A stretch of DNA of 64,000 bases, from NCBI GenBank assembly GCA_964291315.2, contig OZ219753.1, positions 1,792,001 to 1,856,000 on the forward strand, given 5' to 3'. Under the pieces are notes generated by a model, which saw only the letters and a program-made list of their open reading frames with translations, was not told where the DNA came from and did not search any database. This DNA comes from Candidatus Poribacteria bacterium (GTDB taxonomy: Bacteria > Poribacteria > WGA-4E > WGA-3G). Below are positions 19,656 through 28,698 of the stretch, piece after piece (within the stretch, counting starts at the first letter, position 1; the number at the start of each line of letters is the position of its first letter). A program made the translations under genes and the position numbers.

Positions 19656-20543
19656 ATGACAAAAGAAGAAATTATCCAGAAATTCCAAAACCTCAACGTA
19701 TGGAAAAGAGGGGACCAACGCGCCCCACACAAGCCGTTAGTTATTTTGTATGCAATCGGAAAATTACTGCGCGGTGAAGAAAGTCTTCTATACCGTGAGA
19801 TGGAGGAAGATATCCGAAACTTGTTGCGAAAGTTTGGACCCACACGCCGCAGTTACAGTCCACAATTCCCATTTTGGCGATTGCAAAACGACGAAATATG
19901 GCAGGTGTCTGAAACAGATAGTATCACGCTCACCAGTGGTGGAGATCCTCGTGTAACCGACCTTAGAGCTTATAACGTCTTCGGCTCTTTCAAAAACGAT
20001 ATCCGTACACATCTCCAAAATGATTCTGAACTCACATGTGAAATCGTCCGTATTGTGTTAAACGGCCACTTTCGACCGTCACTCCACACAGATATTCTAC
20101 ACGCTGTTGGAATTGAACTCCCGATCCTAACTGTCGGCGCGAGAACGCTAACATCGGATTTCTGGGAAGATGTCCTCAGAGCCTACCAGTACAGATGTGC
20201 CGTCTGCGGATTTGACCTGCACTTAGGCCTCCAACTCATCGCAATAGAAGCCGCCCACATCAAATGGCCTCAAGCGGGTGGCCCGAATTCAGTAGAAAAT
20301 GGTTTAGCTCTCTGTTACCTACACCAAAAACTATTTGACCTTGGTGCATTTACTTTATCACCAAAATTAAATTTACTTGTATCAGAATCCACAAATGGAT
20401 CCCATGGTCTTAAAGAATGGTTGATGGACTTTCATGACAAGCCGATCCGTTTCCCGCAAAGGCAAGCATATTACCCAAACGAAGATTTCATACAGTGGCA
20501 TCTCAGAGAAGTTTTCAAAGCCCCTTATAGAGAAATAGGTTGA
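19656..20543 (+). CDS. Phosphorothioated-DNA-binding (SBD)-HNH restriction endonuclease
   Basis: N-terminal WKRGDQRAPHKPL...FPFWRL (sulfur-binding-domain-like); C-terminal CAVC...EAAHIKW...NGLALCYLHQKLFDLG HNH. Confidence 0.8.
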   Translation: MTKEEIIQKFQNLNVWKRGDQRAPHKPLVILYAIGKLLRGEESLLYREMEEDIRNLLRKFGPTRRSYSPQFPFWRLQNDEIWQVSETDSITLTSGGDPRVTDLRAYNVFGSFKNDIRTHLQNDSELTCEIVRIVLNGHFRPSLHTDILHAVGIELPILTVGARTLTSDFWEDVLRAYQYRCAVCGFDLHLGLQLIAIEAAHIKWPQAGGPNSVENGLALCYLHQKLFDLGAFTLSPKLNLLVSESTNGSHGLKEWLMDFHDKPIRFPQRQAYYPNEDFIQWHLREVFKAPYREIG

Positions 20544-20991
20544 CGTTCACTATTAATCCTGTGCTGCTAGACTAAAATTTTCAACGAAAGGGAATCACCG
20601 AGCTTTTCTCCTGAAAAAATGCTTGACATAATTAGCAGTTTAAGATAAAAAAGGCAGAAAATAGGCAATCCAAATAGGATCAAATTTAATCGACAAGACG
20701 CATGAAAAATTTATACACTTACACTCCAATTAAAACCTCAAGGTTACTTAGCAAAAATTGTCGCTCCCGGCAACTTTCTAGCCTCCTAATACCCGCTGCT
20801 GCCGGTATGCTGTCGCAAACAATCACACATTACCCCCCCCACTCCACTAACGATAAGCAAACCGTCCAAAACACATCCGCGCCGCCTGCACCTACTCGCT
20901 GTTTCCTCGAACGGCAGGCGACGCTCTCTTTCGTTCTCATACTTTCCGCTGTCTGTTTCAATTTCTTACCTAGGGTCGGGAGGCATGAAAC

Positions 20992-21963
20992 GTGATTAAC
21001 ACCTCCACAATTCACCCACACATAATCAAACCCTCTTTCACAGGGCATCAGACATTTCCCTTTCGATATACATGGCTGAAGAAGGGCGTGGATGCCGTAG
21101 CAGCAGATCCAGCCATCTTTTTTTACGAAGATGCCTCTGTCACCTTAGGGGTCGGAAAGAACATGATCGGCTCCATCCGCCACTGGTGCCGGGCAGCCGG
21201 ACTCGTCAAAGAGGTTACAAGGCAGCAAGCACAACTCACTATGAACCTTAACGAGAGGCCAAGCAGTAACCGACGCGGACAATTTGTGCCTACTCAACTC
21301 GGTAAAGCTATTTTTGATAAAAGCGGGTTTGATCCCTACCTCGAAGACCCCGCAACCTTATGGCTGATCCACTGGCAGATCGCAACGAATACACAGCAAG
21401 CAACCGCATGGTATTGGGCGTTCAACATCCTAAGAAGCAACCAATTTACACCCCAGACCTTCGCAAGAGATGTCTACAAATGGGCACAACAACAAAAACA
21501 GTCTATGCCCCGCGTCTCTGAAAATACACTTCAGCGAGATGTCAACTGCTTTATCCGTACCTACTGTCAGGCACGCCACGCTCCTACCGTCATTGAGGAC
21601 ACTTTCGCCTGCCCCCTCGTCGAACTCAACTTGATCGCTGAACTACCAGACAGCGACGCTTATGAATTTCAGCGAGGCGATAAAGAGACGCTGCCGATCG
21701 AGATCGTGGCCTGGGCGCTAAATACGTTCTGGCAAAACCACTTCGCCCCGAGAGAATCACTCTCGTTCTCTGACCTGATGTACGCGCCATCAAGCCCCGG
21801 ACGAGTCTTCAGATTAGATGAGGACACAATGACCACCTATCTCGAGAACCTAGAAGAACTCACAAACGGCACATTCCAATACGATGAAACAGCAGGCCTG
21901 AAGCAGCTGTATCGACACGCAGATTTTAACGCGATGAAACTTTTAGAGAGGTACTATGGCTAA
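20992..21963 (+). CDS. DUF4007 family protein (SspB-like)
   Basis: FTGHQTFPFRYTWLKKG, LGVGKNMIGSIRHW, DPYLEDPATLWLIHW; GTG start with GGGAGG SD. Confidence 0.9.
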   Translation: MINTSTIHPHIIKPSFTGHQTFPFRYTWLKKGVDAVAADPAIFFYEDASVTLGVGKNMIGSIRHWCRAAGLVKEVTRQQAQLTMNLNERPSSNRRGQFVPTQLGKAIFDKSGFDPYLEDPATLWLIHWQIATNTQQATAWYWAFNILRSNQFTPQTFARDVYKWAQQQKQSMPRVSENTLQRDVNCFIRTYCQARHAPTVIEDTFACPLVELNLIAELPDSDAYEFQRGDKETLPIEIVAWALNTFWQNHFAPRESLSFSDLMYAPSSPGRVFRLDEDTMTTYLENLEELTNGTFQYDETAGLKQLYRHADFNAMKLLERYYG

Positions 21964-24900
21964 CCCCAGACTGTCGGAACTTTTTCACATCACGGAACGT
22001 TTCCAACGATCCATACATCTGGAACGCGATTTTTATACCGAAAACGCATTAGAGGGTTACATTCTTACCGTCAAGGCACGAGAAATTCTCACACGCCTTA
22101 TCGAAGCACAAGAGAACCACTCCACATCAAAAGCATGGTCACTCACCGGCCCCTACGGCTCCGGCAAATCCGCATTCGCGCTCTTCACCGCAAAGCTGCT
22201 CGGGAACTCCAACGCCTCCACAACGCAACAGGCCCAAGAACTGCTGAAGCAAGCGGACGTTTCACTCTACCAACGGTTCATGAGCACTCACAATAACGGC
22301 AAGAACATGTCATCAGGTTTCTGCTCCGTGCTCATCTCCGGCGAACGCGCACCCATCACACTTGCACTTCTACGCGGATTAGAGCACGGACTTAACGCTT
22401 TCAACCGAACAGCACCACACGCAACACTCCGCAGGAAAATTAGAGCCCTCTTAAAAACAGCCGAACAAGGCACACCGCCCAACGCCTCCGAAATCACCCA
22501 ACTATTTGAGAGCGCGACAGACGCTATCAGAAAAAAAGGCGGGACAGGCCTCCTTTTAATCATCGATGAACTCGGGAAATTCCTCGAATACGCTGCACAC
22601 TCGCCCGCACACGGGGACGTGTTCGTCCTCCAAACCCTCGCTGAATGCGCCACTCGTACCCAGCAGACACCGCTATTTCTACTGACCCTCCTGCATCAAT
22701 CCTTTGAACAATACGCAAACAGAATCGCAAAATCGCAGCGCGAGGAGTGGGCAAAAGTTCAAGGCAGATTCGAAGATATCGCCTTTGTAGAACCTGCAGA
22801 ACAGATACTACGACTCATCGCCTCCGCTATCCAAAATAGACCCATAGCAATAGATAAAAAACCGATTGACCCCGCTGAAATAAACCTCAAGCCCAATCAA
22901 CTTTCCGAGAATGAATTTAACCAGCTCCTACAAAATTGCCGGCCTCTCCATCCAATTGTAGCCCTTATCCTCGGTTCAATCTTCCGGCGGTTTGCACAGA
23001 ATGAACGATCCCTCTTCGCTTTTCTCAGCTCAAACGAACCTTATGGATTACAAGAATTCCTCTCAAATCAACGTTACGACGGAAACGTCTTGCCGATGCT
23101 GTCAGTCGCCGATCTATACGATTACCTCAACACCAGCATCGTACATCGACTTTACGCCTCACGCGACGGCGAAAAATGGGTGGAAATTGAGATGGCAATT
23201 CGCCGATTGACTGACCCCTCGCCAACGCTCGTTAAACTCATCAAAACCATAGGACTGCTCAATATCGTCGGAGAGGTGAGCACACATCTGAAAGCCTCAA
23301 AACCTATACTCCGTTTCGCCCTCAATGACCACACCGAAAGCTTCGAGCAGGAATTCCAGAACGCAGTGGCACTATTACAAAAACGATCCATTGTTGTCTA
23401 CCGCCGCTATAACGACATTTATACCCTCTGGGAAGGAAGCGATATCGACATTGAGGCGAAACGCCATGAAGCCGAGGGAAACCTCGACCCAAACGAAACG
23501 CTCACAACGTATCTTTCAGAACTCACACCTCCACGACCCCTCATCGCCCGTCGACATCTTTTCGAAAAAGGCACACTCCGCTATTTCACCGTCCGTTACA
23601 CCGACATTGAAGATTTCGACGCGAAACTGAACGAACCCCTAGACGGGGCAGACGGGCTTGTCCTTTACGCGCTCCCCGGAGGCGAAGATGAACTCGAGCC
23701 GTTGGTTGAAAAGGCAACTGATGCACACACCGCCCAATGCAAACAGACCCTAATTGCAATCCCACGCTCCACCCACTTTCTCCGCGAGGCTGTCACCGAG
23801 CTCGCCTGTCTACGCTGGATCTCAGAAAATACACCCGAACTCGAAGGCGACGCCGTCGCAAGACGAGAACTCGCTATCCGATGGGTAGAAGCAGAACGCG
23901 GCGTTGACAATCAACTCAATATTATCTTCAGCGGCGACACCGAAGCACCATGCAGATGGTTCCACAAAGCACATGAAGTAGACATCACATCTCAACGCAC
24001 CAGAAACGAACACTTGTCAAAAATGTGTGACGCAACCTATCATAAAACACCGCTTATTCGAAATGAACTCATTAACCGACGGAAAATCTCCGGCACCGTA
24101 ACAGCCGCTCGAAAGAAATTAATCCAAGCTATACTCGAAAAGGCGGATCAAGAAAACCTCGGCATCACCGGCTACCCTGCTGAAATGAGTATCTACCGAT
24201 CCCTCTTAGTCGAAACAGGCATACACCGTAAAACTTCCGGCATCTGGGGGTTTCACCCACCCAAACCAGATACCGATAAAACCAGCAGCACCCACACATG
24301 GCGCGCAATCGAGTCCTTCCTCGAAACGTGCGAAACCGATCGCCAACCTATCACCCAACTCTACGAAAATCTGATGGCACCTCCGTTCGGACTTCGAGAA
24401 GGCCTACTGCCAATTCTGCTCTGCACCGTAATGCAGCATTACAAAACAGAAATCGCACTCTATGAAAACGGATCCTTTATAGCCGACTGGTCAATGCCCG
24501 TCTTTGAAAGACTGCTGAAAATACCACACCAATTCGAACTGAAACGGTTTCGGATGACAGGCATCCGTTCCGAGCTGTTCACACAATTCGCAGAAACGTT
24601 CAACCACGCAACAACATCCGAAAACCCACAGCTATTAACAGTCATCAAACTGCTCATGCGCGCTATAGCACAACTACCGAAATACACGCTGACAACACAA
24701 GAATTGAGTGATAATGCAAAAAATCTCCGCAGAATCGTCCTGAACGCCCGTGAACCCGACGCACTCCTCTTTAAACAATTGCCCGAAACGTTCGGATTCC
24801 CCGCTTTTAGCACGGAAATGCCAACAGACGCAAAGGTCATTTCAGATTTTCTCAGCACACTGAAAAACGCACTCGCCGACTTGCAGCGCGCCTACGAACG

Positions 24901-25450
24901 CCTACTGAACCTTGTAGAGCAGACCCTAGTAAGGGCGTTCAACCTAACACCGACACCGGAAGAACTCCGCAACGCCCTCGTCGCCCGAGCCGAACCTCTA
25001 TTACCGATAACGATTGAAACCGATCTCAAAGGCTTCTTAATCCAAATCTGTAGCAGCGGACACGACTTCACGAACTGGATCGAGGCAATCGCCACCTATC
25101 TCGCTAAAAAACCGCCAGCCTCATGGATAGATACCGACAGGGCACAATTTGAAATCAACCTTTCTCAACTCGCGAGGAAGTTCCGGCATTTCGAAGCAAT
25201 CGCCTACGAAAAGCGAGCACATACCGATCCAACCGCAGGCGAACCCATTCGAGTCGGTATCACCGCACCAAACCAAACCGAGCAAGAACGCGTGGTTACC
25301 TTGACCGCAACTGCTGATGAACAAACAACTGAAATGGAACACGACATCCGAAAAGTTTTTGACAAATTCAATGTAGACGATAACCCTGAACTTCATATCG
25401 CAATCCTTGCACGAATTTCACAAAAATGGATACGACAACTCGACGAATAG
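21956..25450 (+). CDS. Large P-loop ATPase (SspC/BrxC-like)
   Basis: RFQRSIHLERD, Walker A GPYGSGKS, Walker B LLIIDELGKFLE, EWAKVQGRF, FAQNERSLFAFL; overlaps the DUF4007 stop. Confidence 0.85.
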   Translation: MANPRLSELFHITERFQRSIHLERDFYTENALEGYILTVKAREILTRLIEAQENHSTSKAWSLTGPYGSGKSAFALFTAKLLGNSNASTTQQAQELLKQADVSLYQRFMSTHNNGKNMSSGFCSVLISGERAPITLALLRGLEHGLNAFNRTAPHATLRRKIRALLKTAEQGTPPNASEITQLFESATDAIRKKGGTGLLLIIDELGKFLEYAAHSPAHGDVFVLQTLAECATRTQQTPLFLLTLLHQSFEQYANRIAKSQREEWAKVQGRFEDIAFVEPAEQILRLIASAIQNRPIAIDKKPIDPAEINLKPNQLSENEFNQLLQNCRPLHPIVALILGSIFRRFAQNERSLFAFLSSNEPYGLQEFLSNQRYDGNVLPMLSVADLYDYLNTSIVHRLYASRDGEKWVEIEMAIRRLTDPSPTLVKLIKTIGLLNIVGEVSTHLKASKPILRFALNDHTESFEQEFQNAVALLQKRSIVVYRRYNDIYTLWEGSDIDIEAKRHEAEGNLDPNETLTTYLSELTPPRPLIARRHLFEKGTLRYFTVRYTDIEDFDAKLNEPLDGADGLVLYALPGGEDELEPLVEKATDAHTAQCKQTLIAIPRSTHFLREAVTELACLRWISENTPELEGDAVARRELAIRWVEAERGVDNQLNIIFSGDTEAPCRWFHKAHEVDITSQRTRNEHLSKMCDATYHKTPLIRNELINRRKISGTVTAARKKLIQAILEKADQENLGITGYPAEMSIYRSLLVETGIHRKTSGIWGFHPPKPDTDKTSSTHTWRAIESFLETCETDRQPITQLYENLMAPPFGLREGLLPILLCTVMQHYKTEIALYENGSFIADWSMPVFERLLKIPHQFELKRFRMTGIRSELFTQFAETFNHATTSENPQLLTVIKLLMRAIAQLPKYTLTTQELSDNAKNLRRIVLNAREPDALLFKQLPETFGFPAFSTEMPTDAKVISDFLSTLKNALADLQRAYERLLNLVEQTLVRAFNLTPTPEELRNALVARAEPLLPITIETDLKGFLIQICSSGHDFTNWIEAIATYLAKKPPASWIDTDRAQFEINLSQLARKFRHFEAIAYEKRAHTDPTAGEPIRVGITAPNQTEQERVVTLTATADEQTTEMEHDIRKVFDKFNVDDNPELHIAILARISQKWIRQLDE

Positions 25451-25462
25451 AGAGGTCAAACT

Positions 25463-26299
25463 ATGGAACAAGAAACCCGTCATCTGCTGGGGCTCTCCGG
25501 CGGAAAAGATAGCTCCGCACTCGCAGTCTACATGCGCGACAGAGTACCAGAGATGGAATATTTCTTCTCTGATACCGGCAAAGAGCTCCCCGAAACATAT
25601 GAATTCTTAGACCGATTAGAGGCGTTCCTCGGCAAACCGATCGTCCGCCTCAACATGAACCCTGATGCCAGTCAGAACAGAGACTTCGATCACTGGTTGA
25701 AACTTTACGGCGGACTCCTGCCGTCCTCACAAGTGCGATGGTGCACCGTTAACCTCAAAATCAAACCTTTTGAGGAATACGTCGGCGAAGACAGGGCATA
25801 CCACTACATCGCCATCCGCGCCGATGAAGACCGCATCGGCTACAAACCGCCCAAAGTGTCCGCAATCCATAACATTGAACCCAAATACCCCTTCAAAGAG
25901 GACGGCATCACCAAAGAAGACGTCTACCGAATCCTCGAGGAAAGCGGGGTCGGACTCCCCACGTATTACGACTGGCGCACACGCTCAGGCTGCTACTTCT
26001 GCTTCTTCCAGCGCAAATCCGAATGGGTCGGACTCTTAGAGCAGCACCCTGACCTCTTCGAACTCGCAAAATCGTATGAGAAATTCAACACCGAAACAGG
26101 CGAACGATTCACATGGTGCCAAGGCGAAAGCCTAGAGGAACTGTCAGCACCAGAACGAATCGCACAAATCAAAGCAAACACCGAAAAAGCGAAAGCCTCT
26201 AAGAGAGCCGCAAAACCGAATCAGCGACTGATAGAGATACTCACCGATGTCTATGACGATGAAGATGACGAGGAACCCTGTCTCATCTGTCATAAGTGA
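25463..26299 (+). CDS. PAPS reductase family protein (SspD/DndC-like)
   Basis: PP-loop SGGKDS, DTGKELPE, RWCT, RSGCYFCFFQ, C-terminal CLICH. Confidence 0.9.
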   Translation: MEQETRHLLGLSGGKDSSALAVYMRDRVPEMEYFFSDTGKELPETYEFLDRLEAFLGKPIVRLNMNPDASQNRDFDHWLKLYGGLLPSSQVRWCTVNLKIKPFEEYVGEDRAYHYIAIRADEDRIGYKPPKVSAIHNIEPKYPFKEDGITKEDVYRILEESGVGLPTYYDWRTRSGCYFCFFQRKSEWVGLLEQHPDLFELAKSYEKFNTETGERFTWCQGESLEELSAPERIAQIKANTEKAKASKRAAKPNQRLIEILTDVYDDEDDEEPCLICHK

Positions 26300-26344
26300 C
26301 ATCAAATAAAATGCTACCCTATTTAGGAGGAAACAAACAATGGG

Positions 26345-28444
26345 ATGACACTTCGGGCAATACCCGATATTCGACCCCTTTATATACTGCCAAAGGACCC
26401 CGCTATAGAGGAGGTCCTAATTCCATGCTTTCAATCCGCAGGCTCTGTTGATTGCATGATGGGCTTCTTTTCGAGCGAAATTCTGGTGTCGCTTGCACCA
26501 GGTCTAGCAACCTTCATTAATAGCGCAGAGGGGAAGCTGCGCCTAATTATCAGTCCGCTGCTCCGAACCGAAGACAGAGACGCAATAGCCAACGGAATAG
26601 CCTCGCCTGAAGATATCGCGAACGCAACTCTGGAAAACTTTGTTGTTACCGAAAACGCCATCGCACAACATACGTTGAAATGTCTCTCGTGGATGTTACG
26701 TTCCGGACGCTTGGAAATCAAAATCGTCTTGATGAAAGATGCCCTTTTCCATCCGAAAGTCTGGCTCTTTCGCCGGGGGGACGACGTAATAGCAGCACAC
26801 GGATCCAGCAACATGACATACGCCGGCGTCCAGAAGAATATCGAGCAAATGTCCATCTCTAAATCGTGGGCGGACACGAATCAACAATACATCGCAGAGA
26901 AACTTTGTGACCAATTTAGAGAACTCTGGGGAAATCAAGATACCAATTGTACTGTCGTTTCAATCCCGGAAGCACTGAAGGAAAATCTATTGAGCACTTA
27001 TAATCCAGTCCTCCCACCAACTGAAGAAGAATTTCATACGCTTCGCGAGCAGGCTTGCGACCTTGACAGAGACAGATCGTCGCGCCCCACATTCACTATA
27101 CCCCGACACCTTCGATTTGAGGAGGGGCCTTTTGAACATCAAGGACGAGCCGTTAAAGCATGGTGTGAAGCCGGCCATCAAGGCGTTTTGGAAATGGCAA
27201 CCGGCTCAGGAAAAACAGTCACCGCTATGATTTGCACACACCGACTCTACAGTGTGGAGAAACCACTTCTAGTCGTTGTGTCCGCGCCTTACATCCCCCT
27301 TATTCAACAGTGGTGTGATGAAATTTCACCCTTCGGACTCAAGGCGGTTAACCTATCTGAAGCAAGCGGGGCAAGAAAACGAGCCGCCAAGCTTAAAAAA
27401 ATAGAGCGGAGACTCCGATTCGGCAGGAGCAGCATCGAAATTGTCGTCGTTTCTCACCGCACACTTTGCAGTAGCGAGTTTAAAGATGAACTCGAAAAAT
27501 TTGATTTTAAAACGCTGCTTATCGCCGATGAAGTCCACAACCTCGGCAGCGAGGGATTCATAGCGAATCCTCCTGACTTCTTTGACCACAGATTAGGATT
27601 ATCTGCTACCCCAATTCGGCAGTACGATGAGGAAGGAACCGAGCAGCTGTTCGCCTTTTTCGGCCCTATCGTTTTCCAATTCACCCTTGAGGAAGCAATC
27701 GGGCGATGTCTCGTTGAATACGAATACTACGTCCATACAGTAAAACTCACAGAAGATGAAATGGAGAAATGGTACGCACTCACAGAACAGATCAAGAAAA
27801 ACGCTTGGCGACAAGAAGGTGAAGACAGTGAAGATGAGTACCTTATGAAGCTCCTACGAGACCGACGCGCACTCTTAGAAAACGCGGAAAATAAGATTGA
27901 TGCCTTGGAAAAAGTTTTGAGACCCAAAGATCTCCAAAGGCTCCGATACACCCTGATTTATACCTCTGCTACAGGACCGCAGCAGCTCGAAGATGTCAAC
28001 GCCCTACTGAACGAACACAGCGTACTCTTCCATCAACTGACACATAAAGAAGCAAGAAACCGTAAGAAAACCGCACAGATTCTCCAAGACTTCCGAGAGG
28101 GAACGTTGAAGATCCTAACCGCGAAACGCGTGCTTGATGAAGGCGTGAACATCCCAGAAATTGAGAGGGCTTTCATCCTCGCCAGCACCACAGTAGAGCG
28201 ACAATGGGTTCAGCGGCGCGGCAGGCTGCTCCGCACATGTCGCGAAACCGGTAAAACGCACAGTGAAATCCACGACTTCATCGCCTTGCCGCCCGATTTG
28301 GACAACATAGACGACAGGGCCCGTAGGTTAGTAGAATCCGAACTCAAGCGAGTACGAGCATTTGCTTACCTCGCAAAAAACTTTGGCAGACCTGATGGCC
28401 CCTTAAACCACCTCGACCAACTGGTTAAAATCCTTTATACATAG
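26345..28444 (+). CDS. PLD-nuclease + SF2 (ResIII/DEAH) helicase fusion (PbeA-like, PT-associated restriction enzyme)
   Basis: FHPKVWLF...HGSSNMT (HKD-type); MATGSGKT, IADEVHN, GLSATP, LDEGVNIP, QRRGRLLR. Confidence 0.88.
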   Translation: MTLRAIPDIRPLYILPKDPAIEEVLIPCFQSAGSVDCMMGFFSSEILVSLAPGLATFINSAEGKLRLIISPLLRTEDRDAIANGIASPEDIANATLENFVVTENAIAQHTLKCLSWMLRSGRLEIKIVLMKDALFHPKVWLFRRGDDVIAAHGSSNMTYAGVQKNIEQMSISKSWADTNQQYIAEKLCDQFRELWGNQDTNCTVVSIPEALKENLLSTYNPVLPPTEEEFHTLREQACDLDRDRSSRPTFTIPRHLRFEEGPFEHQGRAVKAWCEAGHQGVLEMATGSGKTVTAMICTHRLYSVEKPLLVVVSAPYIPLIQQWCDEISPFGLKAVNLSEASGARKRAAKLKKIERRLRFGRSSIEIVVVSHRTLCSSEFKDELEKFDFKTLLIADEVHNLGSEGFIANPPDFFDHRLGLSATPIRQYDEEGTEQLFAFFGPIVFQFTLEEAIGRCLVEYEYYVHTVKLTEDEMEKWYALTEQIKKNAWRQEGEDSEDEYLMKLLRDRRALLENAENKIDALEKVLRPKDLQRLRYTLIYTSATGPQQLEDVNALLNEHSVLFHQLTHKEARNRKKTAQILQDFREGTLKILTAKRVLDEGVNIPEIERAFILASTTVERQWVQRRGRLLRTCRETGKTHSEIHDFIALPPDLDNIDDRARRLVESELKRVRAFAYLAKNFGRPDGPLNHLDQLVKILYT

Positions 28445-28455
28445 CGGAGGATACT

Positions 28456-28698
28456 ATGTCATATAACGCAGAAAAAATGGGAAAACTGATTGAAGACGCA
28501 TGTCAATCTGTTGAAAACAGATCTAACGGCTACAAGAGAAAAGTTATTGATGCCATAGTCGAAATTCTTGAGGCCGAGCGAGACCATAAAACCCGAAGAA
28601 CAAACATCCAGAAAAAAGTAAATGAAGTGTGCCATAGCACGGGTGACTTTCTCATGAAAGAACGCGATATAGATAACCCCAACAATGGAGGCTGCTAA
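28456..28698 (+). CDS. Small helical protein (PbeB-like)
   Basis: 80 aa, strong GGAGG SD, abuts the next ATG; position between helicase and ATPase. Confidence 0.7.
   Translation: MSYNAEKMGKLIEDACQSVENRSNGYKRKVIDAIVEILEAERDHKTRRTNIQKKVNEVCHSTGDFLMKERDIDNPNNGGC

Noticed and set aside
20992-26299. Canonical BREX type 4 or complete SspABCD-E
   Set aside because: No PglZ, BrxL, SspA or SspE recognisable in the window.
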